From Phycisphaera mikurensis NBRC 102666 (GTDB taxonomy: Bacteria; Planctomycetota; Phycisphaerae; Phycisphaerales; Phycisphaeraceae), in assembly GCF_000284115.1 (NCBI RefSeq), contig NC_017080.1:2190001-2222000 (forward strand): a stretch of 32,000 nt of DNA. The letters are read 5' to 3'. Position 1 is the first letter of the stretch, and the number at the start of each line of letters is the position of its first letter. The translations under genes and the position numbers were made by a program. Of this stretch, positions 19,535-28,750 are shown in pieces. The notes under the pieces are model-generated. The model worked only from the letters and a program-made list of their open reading frames with translations. It ran no database searches and was not told where the DNA came from.

Positions 19535-20821
19535 TCAAGCCGCACCTCCCCTCGTCGCGCCGGCCTCGGCGTGGAGCGACGCGACGGTCTGCTCCACCGC
19601 GGAGGCGATCCGGTCGGCGTGGGCCTCGGTGAAGCCCTCGTTGAGCGGGAGGATCACGACGTGCTTGAGCCCGTCGTAGGAGCCGGGGAAGAGCTCGGGG
19701 CGGTGGTCCGTCGCCGAGGCCTGGGCGAGCGAGAAGGGCCAGCGGCTGGTGCCGAAGGTCTTCTGCTCGCGGATCACCTCGCACTCGAAGGCGGGCTTCT
19801 GGATGTAGCGCGGCGCGGCGGGGATGCCCAGTTCGCGGAGACCGGCAACGAGGGCGTCGACGCCGCCGGGGATGACCCCGGGCTCCACCCGGATCGGGAT
19901 CCGCCAGTACGAGCAGGTGTCGCCGGGCTTCACCGGCGGGGTGGTGATGCCGTCGATCGCCATGAGCCGGCCGATGAGCACGCACGCGGCGTGGAGCCGC
20001 CTGTCGAGGAGGTCCGGCAGCTTCCGGAACTGAGCCCGGGCGACGGCGCCCTGAAGTTCGCTCATGCGGTAGTTGGGCGCGAGGAAGTAGTGATCCGGCT
20101 TCGCGTCGCCGTAGCCCCAAGCCTTGTTGATGAAGAGGAACAGCCGCCGGGCGAGCGCGTCGTCGTTCGTGACGACCAGGCCGCCCTCCCCGGTCGTCAC
20201 GTGCTTGCCCTGCTGAAGCGAGAAAGCCGCCATCGCGCCCATCGAGCCGGCGGGCCGGCCCTGGGATCGCGCCCCCAGCGCCTGGGCCGCGTCCTCGAGC
20301 ACGGGCAGCCCGTGGCGGTCCGCCATCGCGAGGATGGCGTCCATGTCGCAGGGGTTGCCGAAGAGGTGCGTCACCGCGATGGCGCGGGTGCGATCGGTGA
20401 TGCGGGCCTCCAGCGTCTCCGCCGTCACGTTGAGGGTGACGGGATCGACGTCGGCGAAGACCGGCACGACGCCCTGGGCGAGGATGGCCGCGACCGAGCC
20501 CATGTCGGTGATCGGGGTGCCGATGAGCTCCTCGCCGGGCTCGAGATCCAGCGCGGCGACCATGCAGTGCATCGCGGCCGATCCCGAGGTGCAGGCGAGG
20601 GCGTGCTTGACGCCGATCATCGCCGCGAACTCCTCCTGGAGCAGGCGGACCTGGTCACCCTTGGTGGCGGTGAGGCAGCCGGAGTCCAGCGCCTCCTTCA
20701 GGAGAGCGAGCTCGGTGCCGTCGAAGCTGCGGCCCGAGGCCGCCTGATCGTTGGGGAGCGGCTCGGGCGTCGGCGGCGGTGGCGACGCGGCAATGGGGGC
20801 GGCGGCGGGATTGGCGGTCAT
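19535..20821 (-). CDS. DegT/DnrJ/EryC1/StrS family sugar aminotransferase (WbpE-like)
   Basis: HALACTSGSAAMHCMVAALDLEPGEELIGTPITDMGSVAAIL, LPVLEDAAQALGARSQGRPAGSMGAMAAFSLQQGKHVTTGEGGLVVTNDD, NYRMSELQGAVARAQ; Lys in the QQGKHVT region. Confidence 0.9.
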   Translation of the reverse strand: MTANPAAAPIAASPPPPTPEPLPNDQAASGRSFDGTELALLKEALDSGCLTATKGDQVRLLQEEFAAMIGVKHALACTSGSAAMHCMVAALDLEPGEELIGTPITDMGSVAAILAQGVVPVFADVDPVTLNVTAETLEARITDRTRAIAVTHLFGNPCDMDAILAMADRHGLPVLEDAAQALGARSQGRPAGSMGAMAAFSLQQGKHVTTGEGGLVVTNDDALARRLFLFINKAWGYGDAKPDHYFLAPNYRMSELQGAVARAQFRKLPDLLDRRLHAACVLIGRLMAIDGITTPPVKPGDTCSYWRIPIRVEPGVIPGGVDALVAGLRELGIPAAPRYIQKPAFECEVIREQKTFGTSRWPFSLAQASATDHRPELFPGSYDGLKHVVILPLNEGFTEAHADRIASAVEQTVASLHAEAGATRGGAA

Positions 20822-20928
20822 GGGTGGTCCTGCGGAAGAATGGGCGGACCGGGAAGCGCCGGCCGCCTTGGGGGGTTCATCGATCCGATCGGGCGGCGGA
20901 TCCACCGGCGCAGCGGGCACCGGCGGCA

Positions 20929-20952
20929 GGAACCCCCCTTCGGGGGGGTTCC
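20929..20952. other. Strong perfect hairpin (10-bp stem, TTCG tetraloop)
   Basis: GGAACCCCCC-TTCG-GGGGGGTTCC in the trxA to aminotransferase gap; no T-tract, so a terminator role is uncertain. Confidence 0.7.
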
Positions 20953-21035
20953 GCTCCGGGCTCGCGATGCGCAGCCGGAACCCGCCGGCGTGCCGGCGCG
21001 GCTCCGTTTGGCTCTCCCCGGAACCCGCTCCTCGA

Positions 21036-21368
21036 TCAGCTCGCCAGCTTGTCCAGCTCGGCCTTGAACTCGGCCTCCTGGGTCACGCCGACGAACTTCT
21101 TCACGACCTCGCCGCCCTTGAAGACGAGCACGGTCGGGATCGCGGTGATCTCGTGCTTGACGGACACCTCGCGGTTGGCGTCCGTGTCGAGCTTCCCGAC
21201 CTTGACCTTGCCGTCGTAGTCGGTGGCCAGCTTCTCGATGGTCGGCGTGAGCATGCGGCAGGGCATGCACCACTCGGCCCAGAAGTCGACCACCACCGGG
21301 GTGTCGGCCTCGAGGACCTCGCTCTGAAAGTTCGTGTCGGTGAATTCCTGGACGGCTTCGGAGGCCAT
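21036..21368 (-). CDS. trxA: Thioredoxin with WCMPC active site
   Basis: MASEAVQEFTDTNFQSEVLEADTPVVVDFWAEWCMPCRMLTPTIEKLATDYDGKVKVGKLDTDANREVSVKHEITAIPTVLVFKGGEVVKKFVG. Confidence 0.93.
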   Translation of the reverse strand: MASEAVQEFTDTNFQSEVLEADTPVVVDFWAEWCMPCRMLTPTIEKLATDYDGKVKVGKLDTDANREVSVKHEITAIPTVLVFKGGEVVKKFVGVTQEAEFKAELDKLAS

Positions 21369-21462
21369 GTTTCTGTCTCGGGGGGGAAACGCGGATGCCC
21401 GGGCGGGTGCCCGGCGGGTCGCGAGTCTAGGGAGCGTCCACCGCCCGCCGCCGCCGCCTCGT

Positions 21463-23145
21463 TCAGGCCGCCAGGCGCGTCGCGGGGCCGCCGGCATCGG
21501 CGATCACGGCGTCGCGGCCGCTCGCCTTCGCGCGGTAGAGGGCGCGGTCGGCCCGCTCGATCAGACCGGTGGGACCGGACGCGAGGTCCCGCGGCTCGGC
21601 GGTGACCACGCCGAGGCTCGCGGTGACGACGCCGGACGCCGGGGAGCCGCGGTGCGGGATCGCGCAGCCGGCGATCGCCCGCCGCAGGTCCTCCGCGACA
21701 CGCCCCGCCGCGCCGGCGGCGGTGTCCGGCAGCAGGACCGCGAACTCTTCGCCGCCGTAGCGGGCCGCGAGGTCGGCGGGCTTCTGGCAGCTCCGCTCGA
21801 GGCAGCGGGCGATCGACCGGAGGCAGTCGTCGCCCGCGGGGTGCCCGTAGAGGTCGTTGAAGCTCTTGAAGGCGTCCACGTCGAGCAGGATCAGCGACAG
21901 GGGCGAGGGATCGCGTCCGGCGGCGCGGCAGGCCGCGGCGATGCGTTCGTCGAAGTGCCCCCGGCAGGCGATCCCGGTCATCGCGTCGATCCGCAGCGCC
22001 CGCTCCTGCCGCCCCGTGACGTGGCGGTGGACGAGGCTGAACCCCGCCATCCCGAGGCTGAGCGCCATGACGGCCAGGGCGAGCAGCCGGATGTAGCCGT
22101 ACACCTCAGCGAAGGCTTCGAGCGCCGCCGCCTCGTCCACCTCCGCGGCGAGGCCCAGGTTCAGCCGCTCGTTCCAGGCCCAGGCGCCGATCACCCGCCG
22201 GCCGCCGTAGCTCTCGTAGCCGCCCGGGGCCTGGCCTCGCCCCCCGGACACGGCCCGCTGCGCCAGCAGCGTCGGCTCGCCAGGGCCGCCGGCCGCGTCC
22301 ATCTTCGCGACCCGCGCGTCGAGATACCACAGCGTCGAAGCCCGCGGCGTCGCGGCCCGGAGGCGGCCGTCGGCGTCCCGCGGCTCCGTCACGAAGCGTC
22401 CGCCCTCATCGAAGGCGTAGGCATCGAAGTGGAAGCCCCGCTCGGTGTCGTTGAGGATGCGGTCGATGGTTTTCCGCGCGTCGTAACGCACGGTCAGGAC
22501 CGCGATGACGCCGCCGCCGGCGCCGCGGATCGGTGCCGCGAGAAAGAGCGACCGATCCTTCACCGGCCCGGTCCGGCTGCTCCCGCCGCCGAGCGGCACG
22601 TCGCTGCGGACCGGCGGGATGGCGACCGTCGCGCCGCTCCAAGCGGCCCGGATCTGCGCCGGATGCTCCCGCACCAGGAAGTTCTCGACGCCGAGGTTGG
22701 CGTCCCGCAGCGACGCGAAGCTGACGTCGCCGGGGCCGAGGATGAAGATCCCGCGGCCGTCGACGACGTCGATCTCCGCCTGCAGGACCTCGCGGATCTC
22801 CGCCAGGACCGGCGAGGCGGCGAGCTTCGCGGGCGTGGGCGTGCCGCGTAGGAGCCGCTGGGTGAGGCCGACCAGGCGCGGACGTGCCGCGATGCGCTCG
22901 ACGAAGCGCTTGTTCGTCGCAAACCACAGATCGATCGCCCGGTGCGTCGTGTTGACGTGGATCCGCAGCGACTCCGCCTGCTGCTGCCGGACGGAGGTCT
23001 CGAAGGTCCCGGCCGCCCGGTGCAGGAGGAGCGCCCCCGCGGTAAGCACGACGCCCATCGCGACGACCACCGCCTGCGTCGCCCAGCCGAGGGAGGCGGA
23101 GCGTGCGGCGGATCTCGCGGGAGCGGCGGGAGGCGGAGCGGGCAT
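21463..23145 (-). CDS. Membrane sensor GGDEF-domain protein (putative diguanylate cyclase)
   Basis: N-terminal TM, Cache-like periplasmic region, second TM (IRLLALAVMALSLGMAGFSLV), then DAMTGIACRGHFDERI, LLDVDAFKSFNDLYGHPAGDDCLR, ARYGGEEFAVLLPD, ADRALYRAKASGRDAV. Confidence 0.9.
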   Translation of the reverse strand: MPAPPPAAPARSAARSASLGWATQAVVVAMGVVLTAGALLLHRAAGTFETSVRQQQAESLRIHVNTTHRAIDLWFATNKRFVERIAARPRLVGLTQRLLRGTPTPAKLAASPVLAEIREVLQAEIDVVDGRGIFILGPGDVSFASLRDANLGVENFLVREHPAQIRAAWSGATVAIPPVRSDVPLGGGSSRTGPVKDRSLFLAAPIRGAGGGVIAVLTVRYDARKTIDRILNDTERGFHFDAYAFDEGGRFVTEPRDADGRLRAATPRASTLWYLDARVAKMDAAGGPGEPTLLAQRAVSGGRGQAPGGYESYGGRRVIGAWAWNERLNLGLAAEVDEAAALEAFAEVYGYIRLLALAVMALSLGMAGFSLVHRHVTGRQERALRIDAMTGIACRGHFDERIAAACRAAGRDPSPLSLILLDVDAFKSFNDLYGHPAGDDCLRSIARCLERSCQKPADLAARYGGEEFAVLLPDTAAGAAGRVAEDLRRAIAGCAIPHRGSPASGVVTASLGVVTAEPRDLASGPTGLIERADRALYRAKASGRDAVIADAGGPATRLAA

Positions 23146-23282
23146 GGCGGGCTCGGAGCCCGAGCCACGCGAGGGCGCGACGGCGGACCGGAAGACTCCG
23201 CTTATCGGGGCAGGCGCCCCCCGCCTTGAGCGTCCGGCCCGCTTGTGGGCCGCAAGCCTCGGCAGCGGCCGATGATGCGGCC

Positions 23283-24434
23283 ATGAGCGAGCCCCACCGC
23301 GTCGCGTGCATCATCGGGACCCGGCCCGAAGCCATCAAGATGGCCCCGGTGATCCGCGCCGTGAACGCCCGGGCCGGGCTGCGGGCGCGGGTGGTCTCCA
23401 CCGGGCAGCACCGCGAGATGCTCCAGCAGGTCGTCGAGCTCTTCGGGATCGAGGTGGACGCCGAGCTCGACGTGATGCGGCCCGGGCAGGCGCTGGCGGG
23501 TCTGACCGCCCGGCTGCTGGGGGGGATCGACGCGGAGTTCGCCGCCCACCCGCCCGCATTTGCCCTGGTGCAGGGCGACACGACCACCGTCTTGGCCGCA
23601 TCGCTCGCGGCCTTCTACCGGCGGATCCCGACCGGGCACGTGGAGGCGGGGCTGCGCAGCGGCGACCTCGCCCAGCCCTTCCCCGAGGAGGGGAACCGGC
23701 TGCTGGCGACGCGCCTCGCCACGCTGCACTTCCCCCCGACCGCGGTCAGCGAGGCGAATCTGCGGCGGGAAGGGGTGCCGGCCGGTCGGATCACCGTGAC
23801 CGGCAACACGGTGATCGACGCGCTCCACGCGGAGGTGAGCCGGCAGGAGACGCCCGGCGTGACGGAGGGCCTGGACGCGGCGCTGGCGACGTTCCTCCCC
23901 CCCGCCGCGCTCCGACGGCCCTACGTGCTCATCACCGGGCACCGCCGCGAGAGCTTCGGCGGCGGCTTCGAGGGCATCTGCGACGCCGTCGCCCGCCTCG
24001 CCGCGGACCACCCCGAGGTGTCCTTCGTCTACCCCGTGCACCTGAACCCCGCGGTGCAGGAGCCGGTCAACCGCCTGCTCGCCGGCCGGCCCAACGTCTT
24101 CCTGCTCCCGCCCCAGCCGTACGCCCCCTTCGTCCGCCTGATGCGCGGGGCCCGCCTGCTGCTCACCGACTCCGGCGGCGTGCAGGAGGAGGCCCCGGGT
24201 TTGGGCAAGCCCGTGCTGGTGATGCGCGAGACCACCGAGCGGCCCGAGGGCGTCGACGCCGGCACCGTCAAGCTCGTCGGCACCGATGCCCGGCGGATCC
24301 ACGCGGAGGTTTCCGAGCTCCTGACCGATGGGGCATCGTTCGCCTCCATGTCCAACGCGATCAACCCCTACGGCGACGGACACGCCGCCGGGCGGATCGC
24401 CGACGCCGTGGCGGCGTACCTGAGAAGCGGCTGA
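23283..24434 (+). CDS. wecB: Non-hydrolysing UDP-N-acetylglucosamine 2-epimerase (WecB/WbpI-like)
   Basis: VACIIGTRPEAIKMAPVIRAVNAR, STGQHREMLQQVVELFGIEVD, VQGDTTTVLAASLAAFY, HVEAGLRSGDL, ITGHRRESFGGGFEGICDAV, LLTDSGGVQEEAPGLGKPVLVMRETTERPEG. Confidence 0.93.
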   Translation: MSEPHRVACIIGTRPEAIKMAPVIRAVNARAGLRARVVSTGQHREMLQQVVELFGIEVDAELDVMRPGQALAGLTARLLGGIDAEFAAHPPAFALVQGDTTTVLAASLAAFYRRIPTGHVEAGLRSGDLAQPFPEEGNRLLATRLATLHFPPTAVSEANLRREGVPAGRITVTGNTVIDALHAEVSRQETPGVTEGLDAALATFLPPAALRRPYVLITGHRRESFGGGFEGICDAVARLAADHPEVSFVYPVHLNPAVQEPVNRLLAGRPNVFLLPPQPYAPFVRLMRGARLLLTDSGGVQEEAPGLGKPVLVMRETTERPEGVDAGTVKLVGTDARRIHAEVSELLTDGASFASMSNAINPYGDGHAAGRIADAVAAYLRSG

Positions 24435-24594
24435 GACCGCGCTCTTGCGCTCGAGCGGAGGGATCGACCGAGCCGCGGGCGACGCGGCCCGCCCGGGACG
24501 TCTGAACGCTTTGGGGATCCGACACGAGCCGGCACCGCGGCGATCCGCTGCGGAGCTTCTCGGAAGCGTCTCGAGGCGCTGCGGACCGATTGAT

Positions 24595-24640
24595 CCGCGG
24601 ACCGCGGCCGCTTCGGGCTCCAACGCCCCGCGGTCCGCGG
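24595..24640. repeat. 46-bp palindromic intergenic element, copy C
   Basis: CCGCGGACCGCGGCCGCTTCGGGCTCCAACGCCCCGCGGTCCGCGG; perfect 13-bp inverted arms, 20-nt centre. Confidence 0.9.
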
Positions 24641-24657
24641 CGCGTAACGTCGCGGCC

Positions 24658-26403
24658 ATGCCGACCGCCACGCCCCACGCCCTCCAACGCTCCTTCGTTC
24701 CCGCCGGGCTCGACCCCGCCGCGCTCGACGAGCTCCTGCCGCTCTTCGACCGGCTCGGAGCCCGCGAATTGCCCGATGCCGACGCGGTCGCGGCCTGGAT
24801 GAAGGATTACTCGGAGCTGGCCGCCGTGGTGGGCGAGCGTGGGGCGCGGATCAACATCGATCACGCCTGCCACACCGAGGACGAGGCCATCGAGAAGGCG
24901 TATCTCCACTGGATCGAGGAGGTGTCGCCCGCGACCAAGCCGCGCTGGTTCGCGCTGCTGCGTCACTACCTCGACGCGGCGGGCCGCGGAGCCTTCGAGG
25001 CCCGCGAGGAGAAGCACCGCCTGATCGGCCGGGCGTGGGAGGCGGAGGCATCGATCTACCGCGACGAGAACATCCCGCTGCAGACCCGCGCCTCGAAGCT
25101 GTCCAAGGACTACGACAAGCTCATCGGCCGCATGCAGGTCGCCTTCGACGGCAAGGAGCAGACGCTCCAGCAGCTGGCGCGGTACCAGGAGGAGACGGAC
25201 CGCGGGATCCGCGAGGAGGCCTGGACGCTGGCGGCGGCTCGGCGGCTGGAGGATCACGAGGAGATCACGCGGATCTTCGGCGACTTGATCGGCGTGCGGC
25301 AGCGGATCGCCGAGAACGCCGACCTGCCGGACTACCGCGCTTACACCTGGAAGGCGATGGAGCGCTTCGACTACACGCCGCAGGACTGCCTGGACTTCGG
25401 CGATGCCATCGAGAAAGCGGTGGTGCCGCGGGTGGCGAAGCTCGACCGCGAGCGGCGGGAGGCGCTGGGCGTCGACACGCTGCGGCCCTGGGATTTGGCG
25501 GTCGATCCGCGGGGCCGCGCCCCCCTGCGGCCCTTCCCCGACGGCGAGGAGGGGGTGAAGGAGCTGCTGGAAAAGGGCCGCGCGGCCTTCGCCGCCGTCG
25601 ATCCCGTGCTCGCCGAGATGTTCGCGGAGATGGAGCCGGGCCGGAACCTCGACCTCGCCGCCCGCCCGAAGAAGCGCGCCGGCGGCTTCCAGAGCTCGCT
25701 GACCGAGAGCCGCGAGCCCTTCATCTTCATGAACGCCGCGGGCACGCAGCGCGACGTCGACACGCTGCTGCACGAGGGGGGCCACGCCTTCCACTACCAG
25801 TGGGCGAGCCGGGCCGAGCCGCTGACGATCCTGCACCACGCGCCGATGGAGTTCTGCGAGGTGGCGTCGATGGGCATGGAGCTCCTGGCCTGCGACCACT
25901 ACGGCGTGTTCTACGACGGCGATCAGGAGCGGGCCGGCCGGGCCAAGCGCAAGCAGCTCGAGGGCATCGTCCGCTTCTTCCCGTGGATGGGCACGATCGA
26001 CGGCTGGCAGCACTGGCTGTACACGCACCCGGGGGCGACGCCCGAGGAGCGCCGCTCGCGGTGGCTGGCCACGCTGGGTCGCTTCGAGAGCGGCGAGGTC
26101 GACTTCAGCGGGCACGAGCAGACGCGGGCGACGCGGTGGCAGCCGCAGCTGCACCTCTTCCACTACCCCTTCTACTACGTCGAGTACGGCATCGCCCAGC
26201 TGGGAGCGCTGCAGCTGTGGCGCAACGCGAAGTCGGACCCGCACGGCACGATCACGAGATACCGCGAAGCCCTGTCGCTGGGCGGCACGCGGAAGCTGCC
26301 CGAGCTCTTCGAGGCCGCGGGCATCCGCTTTGACTTCAGCGCCGCGACGCTGGAGCCGCTGATGGCGCTGGTGGAGGAGGAGCTGACGACGCTGCCGGCG
26401 TAG
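24658..26403 (+). CDS. M3 family (oligoendopeptidase F-like) metallopeptidase
   Basis: GTQRDVDTLLHEGGHAFHYQWA (HExxH), ILHHAPMEFCEVASMGMELLACD, FPWMGTIDGWQHWLYTHPGATPEERRSRW. Confidence 0.9.
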   Translation: MPTATPHALQRSFVPAGLDPAALDELLPLFDRLGARELPDADAVAAWMKDYSELAAVVGERGARINIDHACHTEDEAIEKAYLHWIEEVSPATKPRWFALLRHYLDAAGRGAFEAREEKHRLIGRAWEAEASIYRDENIPLQTRASKLSKDYDKLIGRMQVAFDGKEQTLQQLARYQEETDRGIREEAWTLAAARRLEDHEEITRIFGDLIGVRQRIAENADLPDYRAYTWKAMERFDYTPQDCLDFGDAIEKAVVPRVAKLDRERREALGVDTLRPWDLAVDPRGRAPLRPFPDGEEGVKELLEKGRAAFAAVDPVLAEMFAEMEPGRNLDLAARPKKRAGGFQSSLTESREPFIFMNAAGTQRDVDTLLHEGGHAFHYQWASRAEPLTILHHAPMEFCEVASMGMELLACDHYGVFYDGDQERAGRAKRKQLEGIVRFFPWMGTIDGWQHWLYTHPGATPEERRSRWLATLGRFESGEVDFSGHEQTRATRWQPQLHLFHYPFYYVEYGIAQLGALQLWRNAKSDPHGTITRYREALSLGGTRKLPELFEAAGIRFDFSAATLEPLMALVEEELTTLPA

Positions 26404-26521
26404 ACGGCCGCGGCCGAGCCGCCCGTGTCCACGCCAAGGCGGGCTCTTCGAGCGCGGGAGATCCCGGCGGCAGCGGGGGCGGCCCGCTCCCGGCTCGCCC
26501 CCTCGCACCCCTTGCTGGCGC

Positions 26522-27403
26522 TCAGGCTCCGGCCGGCGCGGCGGGTGTCGCCTCCGGCGCATAGCTGGCGAGCACTTCCTCGTCCAGCTCGAACCCCCCG
26601 GCCCGCCTCAGCACCGCGTGGAAGGTCAGCCGGTCGCCCTCGATCACCACCGCGTGCGGCTTCCCGGGCCAGGTGAAGGCGCCGGTGTCGAGCACGAGGC
26701 AGCCGCGCTCCCGCCAGCTCCCGGCGCGGTGGGAGTGGCCCACGACGACGACCCGGGCGGCGGGCTCGGCCTGCCGGGCGAAGGCGGCGGCGCGGGCGGG
26801 AGCGGTCCGCCAGAAGCCCAGCACCGCGAGGAACCGCTTCGGGCGGATGGACCACCACAGCAGCCGGCGGAGCGGCGAGACGACGTCGCCGTGGCGGAGC
26901 TTCAGGAACTCGCCGTGGCTGACGTGGCGCGCGATCTCCAGCCGGGCGTCGGCGTCGGGCGGTTTGCCGTGCTCGGCCTCCCACGCGGCGAGGCGGCGGC
27001 GGGTGTCGGCGGCGAGCGCGGGGGCGCTGCCCGACCAGGGCGCGACGGCGGGGTGCAGGACGTCGCCGTGCGTCACGAGAACCCGGCCGCCGAGCAGCGT
27101 GAGGCGGCGGCGCTCGGTGAGGAAGGCGTCGTGGTTGCCCGCGATCAGCGACAGCTCGGCGCCGGCCGCCTCGGCGACCGCCTGCAGCCTCACCAGGTGC
27201 CGGCTCGCCCGGGCGCGCAGCTCGGGGACCTGCACCTCGGCGGTGTCGCCGTTGAGCACGACGCGGTCGAAGCCGCGGAAGAGCGTGGCGAAGCTCTGGG
27301 GATCGGGCGAGCGGCCGGGCTGTCCCAGGTGCAGGTCCGAGATCACCAGCGTCCGGGCGGCGTCCTCGGGCTGGTGGTCGCGGTCGGTCGGGGGGTCTGC
27401 CAT
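26522..27403 (-). CDS. Metallophosphoesterase (LpxH-like calcineurin fold)
   Basis: LVISDLHLG, VVLNGDTAEV, IAGNHDAF, VLVTHGDVLHP, VVVVGHSHRAG. Confidence 0.88.
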   Translation of the reverse strand: MADPPTDRDHQPEDAARTLVISDLHLGQPGRSPDPQSFATLFRGFDRVVLNGDTAEVQVPELRARASRHLVRLQAVAEAAGAELSLIAGNHDAFLTERRRLTLLGGRVLVTHGDVLHPAVAPWSGSAPALAADTRRRLAAWEAEHGKPPDADARLEIARHVSHGEFLKLRHGDVVSPLRRLLWWSIRPKRFLAVLGFWRTAPARAAAFARQAEPAARVVVVGHSHRAGSWRERGCLVLDTGAFTWPGKPHAVVIEGDRLTFHAVLRRAGGFELDEEVLASYAPEATPAAPAGA

Positions 27404-27437
27404 GGGGGTGCGGGAGGCGGCGTCGCCGGGCCCGCCC

Positions 27438-28043
27438 TCATCGGGTGTTGCCGCCGGCGGCGCCACCGCCGCAGCGTCGCTGGGTCTCGAGCACGAGCCG
27501 GTGCACCTCCAGCGGCTCGTGGAGGAACAGCCAGGCGGCCTCCACCGTGCCCGTGCCCGCGGTGGAGAACGTGACGGTTCCGAGGCCGAACAGCCGCTCC
27601 CGCAGCGAGAAGAAGAGCCCGGTGTGCTGCAGCCGCGAGAGCCGCGCCTCGAACACGCTCACCCGGATCACCCCCTGGACACGGAGCACGCGGCGGTCGG
27701 TGAGCACGTACACGCGGCCGGCCCAGTCGAGCGTCTGCCACCCCAGCCGCAGAAGCAGCAGCGTCGCGGCGAGCGTGAGGATCTCTCCGCTCATCCGCGC
27801 TTGGTTGAGAAAGGCGTCGGCGCGGTGGCCGGCCGCGGCGAGGGCCAGCACCAGCACGAAGAAGCCCAGCGGCGCAAGCAGGATGTACCAGCGGCTGGGC
27901 TTCCGCAGCAGCAGCACCGCTTCGCCGTCCTGCAGCAGCTGGGGCGGGAGGATCGACGCGAGCCGGTCCACCGCCGCCGGAGGCGCAGCGGCGGCGGGCG
28001 CGGCGGTGCCGGCGGCGGCGGCCGGGTCGCACCCGGTGCTCAA
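27438..28043 (-). CDS. Bacterial PH-domain membrane protein
   Basis: TTG start overlapping the hpt stop (TTGA); ILLAPLGFFVLVLALAAAG TM region, then RVYVLTDRRVLRVQGVIRVSVFEARLSRLQHTGLFFSLRERLFGLGTVTFSTAG (bPH2/YdbS-like). Confidence 0.75.
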   Translation of the reverse strand: MSTGCDPAAAAGTAAPAAAAPPAAVDRLASILPPQLLQDGEAVLLLRKPSRWYILLAPLGFFVLVLALAAAGHRADAFLNQARMSGEILTLAATLLLLRLGWQTLDWAGRVYVLTDRRVLRVQGVIRVSVFEARLSRLQHTGLFFSLRERLFGLGTVTFSTAGTGTVEAAWLFLHEPLEVHRLVLETQRRCGGGAAGGNTR

Positions 28044-28660
28044 CGCGGCTCACCCGCGGGCGGCACGCGGACCGCCGCCGCATCGGCCCGGGCCGGGGCA
28101 CCGTCCGCCAAGAGCACCTCGATGTCCGGCAGATTGCGGTGGTGGTCGTCGTGGTCGAGGCCGTAGCCGACCACGAAGGCGTCGGGGATGTCGAAGGCGA
28201 CGTGGTCGACCTCCAGCGTGCCCGCCTCCGCGTCCCGGCATTGGTTGGGCTTGCGGAGCAGCACGCAGGTGGAGACCTCCGCGGCGCCCCGCTCCAAGAG
28301 CTCCGCCTTGATCGCCGCCATCGTGCGGCCGGAGTCGAGGATGTCATCGATGACCAGCACGTGCCGGCCGGTCAGGTCCAGGGGCACGTTGGTCTTCGCC
28401 GGGTCGAGCGTGACACCCTGGCTCGTGGTGGCGGTGCCGGGGTAGCTGCGGACCTGGATGAGGTGGATCCGCATCTTCTGCGGGAGGTGGCGGATGAGGT
28501 CCGCGGCGAAGATGAAGGCACCGGTCATGACCGGCACCAGCGTGATCTCGGGGTCGCCGGGCTTGCCCGCCCAGGCGGCGGCGACCTCGCCGGCGAGCGC
28601 CTCGACCCGCGCGGCGATCCGCTCGCGCGGGATCAGGACGCGTTGTTCGGGGGAGGGCAT
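28040..28660 (-). CDS. hpt: Hypoxanthine phosphoribosyltransferase
   Basis: LVPVMTGAFIFAADLIRHL, GRHVLVIDDILDSGRTMAAIKAEL (PRPP-binding loop), FDIPDAFVVGYGLDHDDHHRNLPDI. Confidence 0.93.
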   Translation of the reverse strand: MPSPEQRVLIPRERIAARVEALAGEVAAAWAGKPGDPEITLVPVMTGAFIFAADLIRHLPQKMRIHLIQVRSYPGTATTSQGVTLDPAKTNVPLDLTGRHVLVIDDILDSGRTMAAIKAELLERGAAEVSTCVLLRKPNQCRDAEAGTLEVDHVAFDIPDAFVVGYGLDHDDHHRNLPDIEVLLADGAPARADAAAVRVPPAGEPR

Positions 28661-28750
28661 CACCGGGAGCGTAATCCGGCCGAGCCAACCACGAGACCGC
28701 GGACCCGGCAAGAGCCAAAGCCCCCCAAGCCAGCGACAGCCCGCCCCGCC

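Noticed and set aside
26404-26521. Imperfect GC-rich inverted segments between the convergent M3 peptidase and phosphoesterase genes
   Set aside because: Could be a bidirectional terminator, but pairing is bulged and there is no T-tract; not strong enough to call.
24361-26562. 733-aa minus-strand ORF opposite the M3 peptidase
   Set aside because: No conserved motifs, low-complexity composition, fully antisense to a peptidase with HExxH.
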